From contig OZ025804.1 in NCBI GenBank assembly GCA_964019425.1, positions 806,001-870,000 of the forward strand: 64,000 bases of DNA, read 5' to 3'. The translations under genes were made by a program, and so were the position numbers. This DNA is from Flectonema sp. DT1601 (taxonomy: Eukaryota). The number at the start of each line of letters is the position of its first letter. The first letter of the stretch is position 1. A model generated the notes under the pieces. That model saw nothing but the letters and a program-made list of their open reading frames with translations, was not told the origin of the DNA and did no database searches. Below, in pieces: positions 21,576-34,638 of this stretch.

Positions 21576-24500
21576 GGTTCTGATCGAAGCTATGTTTGCT
21601 TTTTCCGACCCCATCTTAGCGGCAATCATGGTCAATACAGTACCGAGATTTGAGTTGACTTTCTAAACTTAGGCAAGTGAGTGAGTGTGTTGATTGTTAC
21701 TTCTTGACAGACATCACCGCAACTAGGCAAGGGAGTCGGTGCAGTCATCCTGACAAATCCCTAGTCAATGTGGTGTAGATTTCTTGTTTTGCCTCAACTC
21801 GATAACTCGAACTGCTGTCATCTGCTGTTGCTGTCGCTCTCTCGGTGTTGTCTGTTTTTATTTCAGTGCCTTTAATATTTCATGATGATACAGAAATTAC
21901 CAATAGATCTCGTTCGTATGAAAATATTTTTATTGATTTCAAGTAATTTCGGCCTTCAAGCTGATCTTTGTGTTGCCATGTTCAGGAACACACTCTGTGA
22001 GGTTTACTGTGGAGAACATCTTTATTGATCACTACAACTAGGCAAGGGAGTCGGTGCAGTCATCCTGACAAATCCCTAGTCAATGTGGTGTAGATTTCTT
22101 GTTTTGCCTCGCCTGAGTTGCTCTGTGAGTTGTTTTGTGGAAATATTGTTTGGAGTAAAGGTTCTGATCGAAGCCATGTTTGCTTATTCCGACCCCATCT
22201 TAGCGGCAATCATGGTCAATACAGTACCGAGATTTGAGTTGACTTTCTAAACTTAGGCAAGTGAGTGAGTGTGTTGATTGTTACTTCTTGACAGACATCA
22301 CCGCAACTAGGCAAGGGAGTCGGTGCAGTCATCCTGACAAATCCCTAGTCAATGTGGTGTAGATTTCTTGTTTTGCCTCAACTCGATAACTCGAACTGCT
22401 GTCGTCTGCTGTTGCTGTCGCTCTCTCAGTGTTGTCTGTTTTTATTTCAGTGCCTTTAATATTTCATGATGATACAGAAATTACCAATAGATCTCGTTCG
22501 TATGAAAATATTTTTATTGATTTCAAGTAATTTCGGCCTTCAAGCTGATCTTTGTGTTGCCATGTTCAGGAACACACTCTGTGAGGTTTACTGTGGAGAA
22601 CATCTTTATTGATCACTACAACTAGGCAAGGGAGTCGGTGCAGTCATCCTGACAAATCCCTAGTCAATGTGGTGTAGATTTCTTTTCGTGCCTCTCTGTA
22701 TTTGAGGAAGAGAGTCACTAACTCTGAAGTTCACTGTGGAGAACGTCTTTATTGATCACTACAACTAGGCAAGGGAGTCGGTGCAGTCATCCTGGCAAAT
22801 CCCTAGTCAATGTGGTGTAGATTTCTTTTCGTGCCTCTCTGTATTTGAGGAAGAGAGTCACTTACTCTGAAGTTCACTGTGGAGAACGTCTTTATTGATC
22901 ACTACAACTAGGCAAGGGAGTCGGTGCAGTCATCCTGGCAAATCCCTAGTCAATGTGGTGTAGATTTCTTGTTTTGCCTCAACTTGATAACTCGAACTGC
23001 TGTCGTCTGCTGTTGCTGTCGCTCTCTCGGTGTTGTCTGTTTTTATTTCAGTGCCTTTAATATTTCATGATGATACAGAAATTACCAATAGATCTCGTTC
23101 GTATGAAAATATTTTTATTGATTTCAAGTAATTTCGGCCTTCAAGCTGATCTTTGTGTTGCCATGTTCAGGAACACACTCTGTGAGGTTTACTGTGGAGA
23201 ACATCTTTATTGATCACTACAACTAGGCAAGGGAGTCGGTGCAGTCATCCTGGCAAATCCCTAGTCAATGTGGTGTAGATTTCTTGTTTTGCCTCAACTC
23301 GATAACTCGAACTGCTGTCATCTGCTGTTGCTGTCGCTCTCTCGGTGTTGTCTGTTTTTATTTCAGTGCCTTTAATATTTCATGATGATACAGAAATTAC
23401 CAATAGATCTCGTTCGTATGAAAATATTTTTATTGATTTCAAGTAATTTCGGCCTTCAAGCTGATCTTTGTGTTGCCATGTTCAGGAACACACTCTGTGA
23501 GGTTTACTGTGGAGAACATCTTTATTGATCACTACAACTAGGCAAGGGAGTCGGTGCAGTCATCCTGGCAAATCCCTAGTCAATGTGGTGTAGATTTCTT
23601 GTTTTGCCTCAACTCGATAACTCGAACTGCTGTCATCTGCTGTTGCTGTCGCTCTCTCGGTGTTGTCTGTTTTTATTTCAGTGCCTTTAATATTTCATGA
23701 TGATACAGAAATTACCAATAGATCTCGTTCGTATGAAAATATTTTTATTGATTTCAAGTAATTTCGGCCTTCAAGCTGATCTTTGTGTTGCCATGTTCAG
23801 GAACACACTCTGTGAGGTTTACTGTGGAGAACATCTTTATTGATCACTACAACTAGGCAAGGGAGTCGGTGCAGTCATCCTGGCAAATCCCTAGTCAATG
23901 TGGTGTAGATTTCTTGTTTTGCCTCAACTCGATAACTCGAACTGCTGTCATCTGCTGTTGCTGTCGCTCTCTCGGTGTTGTCTGTTTTTATTTCAGTGCC
24001 TTTAATATTTCATGATGATACAGAAATTACCAATAGATCTCGTTCGTATGAAAATATTTTTATTGATTTCAAGTAATTTCGGCCTTCAAGCTGATCTTTG
24101 TGTTGCCATGTTCAGGAACACACTCTGTGAGGTTTACTGTGGAGAACATCTTTATTGATCACTACAACTAGGCAAGGGAGTCGGTGCAGTCATCCTGGCA
24201 AATCCCTAGTCAATGTGGTGTAGATTTCTTTTCGTGCCTCTCTGTATTTGAGGAAGAGTCACTTACTCTGAAGTTTGCTGTGGAGAACGTCTTTATTGAT
24301 CACTACAACTAGGCAAGGGAGTCGGTGCAGTCATCCTGACAAATCCCTAGTCAATGTGGTGTAGATTTCTTTTCGTGCCTCTCTGTATTTGAGGAAGAGA
24401 GTCACTTACTCTGAAGTTCACTGTGGAGAACGTCATTATTGATCACTACAACTAGGCAAGGGAGTCGGTGCAGTCATCCTGACAAATCCCTAGTCAATGT

Positions 24501-26523
24501 GGTGTAGATTTCTTGTTTTGCCTCAACTTGATAACTCGAACTGCTGTCGTCTGCTGTTGCTGTCGCTCTCTCAGTGTTGTCTGTTTTTATTTCAGTGCCT
24601 TTAATATTTCATGATGATACAGAAATTACCAATAGATCTCGTTCGTATGAAAATCTTTTTATTGATTTCAAGTAATTTCGGCCTTCAAGCTGATCTTTGT
24701 GTTGCCATGTTCAGGAACACACTCTGTGAGGTTTACTGTGGAGAACATCTTTATTGATCACTACAACTAGGCAAGGGAGTCGGTGCAGTCATCCTGACAA
24801 ATCCCTAGTCAATGTGGTGTAGATTTCTTTTCGTGCCTCTCTGTATTTGAGGAAGAGAGTCACTAACTCTGAAGTTCACTGTGGAGAACGTCTTTATTGA
24901 TCACTACAACTAGGCAAGGGAGTCGGTGCAGTCATCCTGGCAAATCCCTAGTCAATGTGGTGTAGATTTCTTTTCGTGCCTCTCTGTATTTGAGGAAGAG
25001 AGTCACTTACTCTGAAGTTCATTGTGGAGAACGTCTTTATTGATCACTACAACTAGGCAAGGGAGTCGGTGCAGTCATCCTGGCAAATCCCTAGTCAATG
25101 TGGTGTAGATTTCTTTTCGTGCCTCTCTGTATTTGAGGAAGAGAGTCACTAACTCTGAAGTTCACTGTGGAGAACGTCTTTATTGATCACTACAACTAGG
25201 CAAGGGAGTCGGTGCAGTCATCCTGGCAAATCCCTAGTCAATGTGGTGTAGATTTCTTTTCGTGCCTCTCTGTATTTGAGGAAGAGAGTCACTAACTCTG
25301 AAGTTCACTGTGGAGAACGTCTTTATTGATCACTACAACTAGGCAAGGGAGTCGGTGCAGTCATCCTGGCAAATCCCTAGTCAATGTGGTGTAGATTTCT
25401 TTTCGTGCCTCTCTGTATTTGAGGAAGAGAGTCACTTACTCTGAAGTTCATTGTGGAGAACGTCTTTATTGATCACTACAACTAGGCAAGGGAGTCGGTG
25501 CAGTCATCCTGACAAATCCCTAGTCAATGTGGTGTAGATTTCTTGTTTTGCCTCGCCTGAGTTGCTCTGTGAGTTGTTTTGTGGAAATATTATTTGGAGT
25601 AAAGGTTCTGATCGAAGCCATGTTTGCTTATTCCGACCCCATCTTAGCGGCAATCATGGTCAATACGGTACCGAGATCTGAGTTGACTTTCTAAACTTAG
25701 GCAAGTGAGTGAGTGTGTTGATTGTTACTTCTTGACAGACATCACCGCAACTAGGCAAGGGAGTCGGTGCAGTCATCCTGACAAATCCCTAGTCAATGTG
25801 GTGTAGATTTCTTGTTTTGCCTCAACTCGATAACTCGAACTGCTGTCGTCTGCTGTTGCTGTCGCTCTCTCAGTGTTGTCTGTTTTTATTTCAGTGCCTT
25901 TAATATTTCATGATGATACAGAAATTACCAATAGATCTCGTTCGTATGAAAATCTTTTTATTGATTTCAAGTAATTTCGGCCTTCAAGCTGATCTTTGTG
26001 TTGCTATGTTCAGGAACACACTCTGTGAGGTTTACTGTGGAGATCGTCTTTATTGATCACTACAACTAGGCAAGGGAGTCGGTGCAGTCATCCTGACAAA
26101 TCCCTAGTCAATGTGGTGTAGATTTCTTGTTTTGCCTGAGTTGCTCTGTGAGTTGTCTTGTGGAAATATTGTTTGGAGTAAGGGTTCTGATCGAAGCTAT
26201 GTTTGCTTTTTCCGACCCCATCTTAGCGGCAATCATGGTCAATACGGTACCGAGAATTGAGTTGACTTTCTAAACTTAGGCAAGTGAGTGAGTGTGTTGA
26301 TTGTTACTTCTTGACAGACATCACCGCAACTAGGCAAGGGAGTCGGTGCAGTCATCCTGGCAAATCCCTAGTCAATGTGGTGTAGATTACCCGTGTTAGT
26401 TTCAGCCCTAAAAAAATCTTTGTTAGTTTTTTTAAATTAAGACTTAAGGTTCTGATCGAAGCCATGTTTGCCTTTTCCGACCCCATCTTAGCGGCAATCA
26501 TGGTCAATACAGTACCGAGATAA
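21576..26523 (+). ncRNA. snoRNA cluster/array 2: 21 copies H1, 5 copies H2, 8 copies box C/D RNA
   Basis: Same modules as array 1 in a different order. H2 starts 21576, 22160, 25604, 26183, 26448; C boxes at 21882, 22466, 23067, 23382, 23697, 24012, 24611, 25910; H1 from 21715 to 26322. Confidence 0.85.
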
Positions 26524-27613
26524 AATTTAGTTTTCCTGGGATTAAATTCATATTTGGATGAAGAAAAGAAGTTGCTTTTTTTTCTTTTTTAGACAGAAAA
26601 AGGAGATTTGATAAATGTAATAAACAAAAAAAAACAAACAAACAAACAGACGCAGTAGTGCCAAGCTGACTTCTTCCGAAGCTGTGGTGAGGGATTTGTT
26701 GCATTCTTGCTGTACTCTACTGGAGTACTTACCCTTCCTATATTACAAGTTGTAAGGCATATATTAATTAGTTGTACAACTCGAACCACTTTTTGGTGTT
26801 TTAATTTTCTTTTTCTTTTTTTTTCCTCTCTCGCGTGCATTAAGCACACAATTCATATTCTTCCTCGCGTTTCTAATTTGCGTCATGAGATTGGGAGCAT
26901 TGGTTACCTTAGCTATAGTGAGATTTTTCTTAGAAAAGTATGTCTGGTGCGGAATGATATTATTTTTTCTGAGCTTGGCTTTACGGAAATAAAGCTGCCA
27001 TGCCACTGAAACAAATTGGAGGCAATTTTTGGCCGATTTTAAGCTGAGGATTTTGAATTACGAACTACACTTTTGCATCAACGCAATTAAAAAAAAAAAA
27101 AAAAAAAAAAATACACTTAGTTATGTCCTCCCTTTCGAAAAAGTAATTTTCCAATTAACTCATCTTGAGGGGAGGAAAGTCCTTTTTTTCCTGAAGCGAT
27201 ATTCCTTGATTTTTCCCCACCCTTTTTTTTTTTTTTAAATTTCATTTTTTTTATTTCTCTTTTTTCTCTCGCTCTCTCTCTCTATCTCTCTCTCTCTCCA
27301 CATTAATCACGTTGCTGAGCGGTTAGTAGTATTTAGGGTATAGAGTCCTGATGGTAATAAGAAACTTAAGAACGTATTCATTACACCACACACAAGGCGT
27401 GAGTACCTCTTATACAACAGTAGCCTGCAATCTTGACAGATTGGTTGGTTGTTGTTATTTTTTTTTTTCTCTTCTCTCGTTTTATCCGCTTTTTTTGTGT
27501 GAAGCTTGTTTGTATTGTTTTTTGTGGTGTTCAAAAAAAAAAAAAAAAAAAAAATAATAATAATAATAAAAATATTATAAAACTTTCATTTAAATAAGAT
27601 TTACACAACAGAG

Positions 27614-27817
27614 ATGTCAATAATGAATCCGATGAAGAAGAACGCAGACCTGAAGGCGGCAGACGAAGAATCCAACCCCTGCGATAGCTATCGGTCAAAG
27701 TACGCTTGTGAAGTTGCGAGTAAAGGAACTTGTTCATGGAATGCCCACTACGGAGATTGCAATAAAAAGAAAATTATACCAATCGTACAAAAGCCATGTT
27801 CGTGTGAAGTAATGTAA
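27614..27817 (+). CDS. Small Cys-rich protein with C-terminal CaaX-like motif
   Basis: 67-aa ORF after an ACAACAG acceptor, normal coding composition, ends KPCSCEVM*. Confidence 0.5.
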   Translation: MSIMNPMKKNADLKAADEESNPCDSYRSKYACEVASKGTCSWNAHYGDCNKKKIIPIVQKPCSCEVM

Positions 27818-27928
27818 TCATTGTTTAATTTACACTTGGTGTCCCAGTCTGTCCATCAATTTAGTCGAAGCTGTTTCACTCAGATATTTTTTTCATTCAT
27901 AGGTTGTACACTCTGAACATCATAAAAG

Positions 27929-28417
27929 ATGTTTTTAAAATGTTTTTTTGGTTCTATATTCGCAAGTGTAATAGCGGAGACTGAATTCTCACTGAGCTAT
28001 ACTGATAAGGGAAGTGTCCTTCAATCAGTTTCTATTGGGCCTGATGACTGGGCTGAAATTGAAGAAAGCATTATAACGCTTCATCATAAAGCAAGTGGAG
28101 GTGGGGAGATCTTTGATGGATTAGTAGCAACGTGCATAGCAATGACACCAGCTGGACAAGACACAAACAATACCAGAGGTTGGTGCAACTTTGAGTCGCC
28201 TAACAAAGAACATTCACTCGTAGAGTATTACGAAGGTAGTTTAACTGATAATGGTGGTCGTGGTACTGCCGTCTTCAAGAATGGAAAAGGGAAGTTTACA
28301 GGACTTCGGGCATCCCACACCTGGACATACAGATTTACTTCTAAATCAGAAGACAGATACGAAGGGATAGGTGATAAACATGGACATTATTACTTTGAAA
28401 ATGATGAAGAGTTGTAA
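27929..28417 (+). CDS. Secretory-pathway beta-strand-rich protein with ER-retention-like end (DEEL)
   Basis: Signal peptide-like N-terminus, Gly-rich beta motifs (GKGKFTGL), terminal DEEL. Confidence 0.7.
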   Translation: MFLKCFFGSIFASVIAETEFSLSYTDKGSVLQSVSIGPDDWAEIEESIITLHHKASGGGEIFDGLVATCIAMTPAGQDTNNTRGWCNFESPNKEHSLVEYYEGSLTDNGGRGTAVFKNGKGKFTGLRASHTWTYRFTSKSEDRYEGIGDKHGHYYFENDEEL

Positions 28418-28567
28418 TTAGATTCCAACGTGCTTGTTATTTAAAGATAGTCGTCCTGTGATACCAATTATCTAAACAAATTTACTTCTTTTACAGTTTT
28501 AAATAGCTTTTGATGTTCTGACAAAGTCGTGTAAAAACTAATTCTACTCCACAGACATTATCAACAT

Positions 28568-29790
<1,223 letters not shown>

Positions 29791-30382
29791 AGCTCTCTGT
29801 CATTGATGATCGACAGACAGTTGGCTTCGTTTCTAACTTAACGAAGATTTTCATCCTTAGTGTCTATTTACTTATTGGTTATCAGCTTTATTGCCCGTTC
29901 TCGTTATCTCCCCACCTGCCCCTTGCCTGTCCCTTGAGCACCAAGTAAGTGATTATATTTAGATCTACCCCACCCCCCCACCAGACTCCGGGCGCTGGCA
30001 ACTACGTTTTGCTTTATTCAGAAACTTAGCAATGGCATTGGCAAAGTCTGCTTCACATGTGTATGCTGCTTGCACAATAGTAAGGAAGAAACAAAACCCA
30101 AAGAAGAAGAAAAAAAAAAACTTGAAAAGAAAAGGTTTAAAAAAAAAAAGAAGAAAAATCCATACGACAGCTTGCTTTTTAAAAAAAAAATAGTGGAAAG
30201 AAGAAAAAGAAAAATAACGACGTGGAAAAAAAAAAAAAAAAAAAAAAAAATCAAGAACGAATTCGATCTCGTAGATCCATAGAAGAAGAGTTGCATTGTT
30301 TTTAAAAAAAAAAACAGACCTTTTAATAAAAAGTTTCTTTTAATAATAATTCCTCAACAAGCACACCGCGGCATGCACATGA

Positions 30383-32485
30383 ATGCGAGCCCTCGTAGGG
30401 ATATCTTTGTCGCCTCGTTATCGAGTTGGAGATCATGCCGAGGTAACAACCATTTATTGTGATGAAATATACGATAGAAAAGCTTCAGAACCAGATGTTG
30501 AGGTCTGTTGGTTTGCAGTACTCGCTAACGGAAACTCTGAAGTATTATCTGAAAAAGGAAGAAAAATAATCATCCCAACAGGAGTTGGAGGCAAGAGATT
30601 ACGCGCCACAGCATCTATCAGAAGAACAAGAACTCATGATGCACAAGAGTTGTCTGCTGAGACAGAGTACACAGTTCATCATCCCATTCCAGTAGTTGCT
30701 TCAATTCAGTTGATAAGAGTAGAGGAATCAGAGATAATCACCGACACTGACAATATCATGATAGGAGACAAACTGTCATTTCGTTATCAATTAGTTGATG
30801 GAAAGATTAGTGAAGGAATTCCTCGAATCAAATGGTTTCGTCAGGGAGTTGAATGCACTTCTAACAACAATCAAATATATTTCACAGCGAGTGATGAGGA
30901 TCTTCATCATCCTATTCAAGTACAGCTGACGGTTACTTCTGTTGATGACTTTCCAGGTATTCCTGTGATATCAACATCAGGACTTGTCAAACCCCTCTCA
31001 CCAGTTCTTGATAATGTCACTATATCTGGTGTCTTAAGATCTGGTAAGACATTGTCTCTAAACTATGAAGGTAGAAGCGTATCGATTCTCTATGACATCA
31101 TTCCGGATCATTTTATTGAATGGAAGTCTTCAAAAGCAAACAGAATATCATCTGGATATTCATTTGATCTACTTACCTCAGATGTTGGAAGTTCTATTTC
31201 AGTCACAATTTGTGTACCTGAAGGAGTGATATGTCATTCAGGTGATCGACTGACATCTAAACCAATCGGACCAGTTCAACGATCGCCTGTATTCGATCCT
31301 GAGAATCCCATTGAAGATATAACTGTTCACATTACAGACCTTCCTTATAATTGTAAAAAACAAGACCTTCGTTGGCTAACCCGACTCAATAACAGCAGCA
31401 GTTGGTCAATAGCAGCTGTAGGCTCAGTATTCACTCCAACAGTAAATGATATTGGAAAACAAATTAAAGTCATTAGTGACGTGACGAGAGAAGTGTTAGC
31501 AGAAGCTCAGTCAGAAGTCGCAGCTCATCCAAGTCGGATAAAAGGATCATTTACAGTTGGTGACTTTATTCAAATGGAGAGCAGTTCGGAGATGGTATGG
31601 CAACGGAAGCTGCCGAAGGACAATAATTATTGTGACATCTCTTCAAACGAAACGATATTACTGTTACCTGAAGATGAGGGATACGAAGTCAGACTTGTTT
31701 GTCTGTCTCCGATGAGGTTTTTATTTCCAGAAAGAGTTGTTTCTGCTGCACCGACAACACGCATCTCATCCGATGGTGAATCTCCACTACCAACACTGAG
31801 TGTTGTCATTGAATCTGGTCCATTCTGTTGGTTTGTTGGTAGTACTGTATTTGGTTGGAGTACGCTATCTCAAGCTGAGTCTTTCAAACCAAGTGTAGAT
31901 TATATTTTACAAAGTGTTACTGTTTGCAGACTTTCATCATTGCCTCCAGATAGATGTTTTCCTGATCTACAATTCGGATCCTTTCGACTACTGTGTCCAC
32001 CACAAATAGTGAGAGAATTAGAAACCCTCGTAATGAAGGGCATCAGCGGACACGCATGTCAGCTTAATAAAGATAAAGTTATCGTTGTATTGTCATCAAG
32101 TGGTATTAAGATTTCAAGTTTGTCTACAGAAAAAGTAATTCAAAAGTTAGAATGGGAATCATCTGAGGTGCTTTCAACTCAAAGTGGTGAAGTCACAATA
32201 CGAAGTGGGTCTTCTGACGTACACTTAATTCTTCTTAGTGGATTGTCGGAGATGTTTTTATTAATTTTTAGATTGTTTCAGGCTCTAAGCACTGATCCAA
32301 TAGTACCATTGGCTGTATCACATCCTTGGAGAAAAGGTTTAACAAGACCTGGGAAGAAATGCAATACCTCGAAAGTATTGGAACTTTCAACGTTCATAAA
32401 ATCAAAACAAAGTCCGAGACACCTCATTCCAGAAGTAGGAAATCCCGTCAGAAACACGCTGCTTGGTGTGATAATGAGGTCCTGA
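30383..32485 (+). CDS. Protein with Ig-like A9/AIR9-type repeats
   Basis: Recurring W-x-R...(Y/F)...D(I/V)G..I.V pattern (FTPTVNDIGKQIKV; LLTSDVGSSISVTI). Confidence 0.65.
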   Translation: MRALVGISLSPRYRVGDHAEVTTIYCDEIYDRKASEPDVEVCWFAVLANGNSEVLSEKGRKIIIPTGVGGKRLRATASIRRTRTHDAQELSAETEYTVHHPIPVVASIQLIRVEESEIITDTDNIMIGDKLSFRYQLVDGKISEGIPRIKWFRQGVECTSNNNQIYFTASDEDLHHPIQVQLTVTSVDDFPGIPVISTSGLVKPLSPVLDNVTISGVLRSGKTLSLNYEGRSVSILYDIIPDHFIEWKSSKANRISSGYSFDLLTSDVGSSISVTICVPEGVICHSGDRLTSKPIGPVQRSPVFDPENPIEDITVHITDLPYNCKKQDLRWLTRLNNSSSWSIAAVGSVFTPTVNDIGKQIKVISDVTREVLAEAQSEVAAHPSRIKGSFTVGDFIQMESSSEMVWQRKLPKDNNYCDISSNETILLLPEDEGYEVRLVCLSPMRFLFPERVVSAAPTTRISSDGESPLPTLSVVIESGPFCWFVGSTVFGWSTLSQAESFKPSVDYILQSVTVCRLSSLPPDRCFPDLQFGSFRLLCPPQIVRELETLVMKGISGHACQLNKDKVIVVLSSSGIKISSLSTEKVIQKLEWESSEVLSTQSGEVTIRSGSSDVHLILLSGLSEMFLLIFRLFQALSTDPIVPLAVSHPWRKGLTRPGKKCNTSKVLELSTFIKSKQSPRHLIPEVGNPVRNTLLGVIMRS

Positions 32486-32834
32486 TTTATGAATCCATAC
32501 ACCTCGTTCATAGTATCCGTTCTGTTTGTTTTCTTTTTCTTTTTTTGTTTTCTATAAATTACCAACCTGTACGCTCTATTCATGCAAACCTCTGACTGCC
32601 AGTAATAGTTGTGAGTTCAATCTCCAGCTTTTTTATAAGAACGTCAGTTCGTCACCCTTTTCCCCAATTGAGGTTTTATCGCTGTGCAAAATGCACTGCA
32701 GCTAACGGATTTCAATGTGTTGGTTTACTCTTCCTGCTTTGTAGGAATTCAAAGTACAAACATGTGATTGGTTGATGTGACGCTGTCAAGTTGTGTTAAA
32801 TTCATAAAATAATATTTTCTTTCAGGTCTTCTGC

Positions 32835-34483
32835 ATGAAGATGACTCGTTATACAAATGGAGGGGATGAGGAGAGTTTGGAAAGTGTTGTAAAGCAGTTG
32901 GGACAAGGTATGTGATCAACCTCTTATTATTATCAAGTTACCCCCCTCTTTGAGACAATTATCTTATTTCAGTATATTAAGAAGAAATCCACACACCAAC
33001 CACACAGGAATTAATAGTCTTCTGTCTATGGTTGATCGCGGACTCTGTGGCGAACCTTTAGAAACCCCACGCGCAGCTGTAGTTGCACACACTGAGATAC
33101 CAATAACTAATAATCCAGCTTATTACAGTGCTGCTGCTGTGATGAAGAGAAAACGGTCTTCAGCAATTCCCAAGTCGAGAGATGGAAGAAGTAAGAGTCC
33201 CGGATCCCTACCAAGAAAACAATCTTCTTACCACAGTCAAAACTTTGATGCTTTGGCACAAACAACGTGGAAGAAGAATATTAAATCATTGTCGCCATCG
33301 AGAGGAACAAAGTCTGTTGTTCGAAGTCTCTCTGCTGAGACGAGTGAAAGACGTCCACCAGCATATGATAAAAACAGAAAGAGATCACCAACAGTATCAC
33401 CGCCAGTAGCAATGAGAATGACGCCATCAAATACTCATAAGGGAAGTGTTCCAAAAGCAATAAAGGATGCGAAGAAGGCAGGTGTCTCAATACCAGTATC
33501 TGCTTCTGCTACTCCTCCCACGATAAAGGATTTGAGAGCACCAAAGAGAAGTGTTCCAGTTGTATCCCCAGCAGCACACACTTTAAAAAGTGAAACAAGA
33601 CAACCATCTCCCTGGAGATTACTAAACAATACTAATAATGTTGAAAAACCTTCTGAACCAGAACTTATTGTGGGCTCAGTAAAGGACTCATCGACACCAG
33701 CATCAAAACCATCACCTCTACCAGTACTTAATGGTACTCAAGAGATTCGTGAGATCCACAACATGCATGATATGATTGAAGAGAAAGACAAACCAGTGAG
33801 AACTACTAGTGCTGAGCAACCTCCTCCAGTTCAACCAGACGAATTGAAGGTCAGCTCAGAACCTCCTCTAGTGAAAGCCCCTCTAAAGGGAGTTCCTAAA
33901 CTTTCTCTTGGACGTGTTATTGAGAAGAAACAAACCGATCCATCTTTCACTTATGAAAAATTCCTCACTCAACTCACTGGAGAGGAAGACATTAGAGCCG
34001 CTCCAGTTATCGAAATTCCTGTTTTGAAGAAGACCGTCGACGAGCCTGCAAATGGCACCCACGAAACCAACAACTTGAACCCAAAAGTCACTGATGGTAT
34101 GTTTTGTTAATTTAAGAATTAAGACAAAAAAAACTTACCGGTTTTCTCAGATAGAATTCCAGCAGACAAGGAAAAGTAAAATAACTGTACTAGCATGTGG
34201 TTTCTTCCCGGCATTTTAAAAAAAAAAAAAAAAAAAAAAAATAACAGATTCACCACCCCCATATGAAACTATCAAGCACTCTCCTACATCTGTGACTACG
34301 GCAGCTCCAGTTGTACCTCCGATGAAAGGACCTTTGAAATGTGTTCCTAAGCTCTCTCTTGGAACTGTGATTGAGAAAAAGGCGACTGATCCATCGTTTA
34401 CGTACGAGAAGTTCCTTACTATTACAACTGGTGAGGAAGATATCAGGGCTTGTCCTATTATTGATATCTCGGCTAAAGGATGA
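32835..34483 (+). CDS. Hypothetical Ser/Pro-rich protein with duplicated C-terminal motif; exons 32835-32907, 33008-34096, 34248-34483
   Basis: Phase-compatible GTATGT...CAG introns; motif PLKxVPKLSLGxVIEKKxTDPSFTYEKFLT occurs twice. Confidence 0.7.
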
Positions 34484-34600
34484 ATATTAAAATTACCTTT
34501 CTAGAAACCGCTTCGATAACTGTTACTAGTTGAAATCACGGACCAAAATAGCAATACTGGTGTCGACCGATAATAAGTTCGGTGGGGGAATTTAGTTCTC

Positions 34601-34638
<38 letters not shown>

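Noticed and set aside
11811..26523. CRISPR array (constant repeat with variable spacers)
   Set aside because: Spacers are only three recurring types of about 75-250 nt, the repeat is 68 nt, there are no cas genes, and the context is eukaryotic. snoRNA motifs explain the pattern.
11811..26523. SL RNA or 5S rRNA tandem array
   Set aside because: No euglenozoan mini-exon-like sequence (...TTTCTGTACTTTATTG|GT) or 5S similarity was seen in the units.
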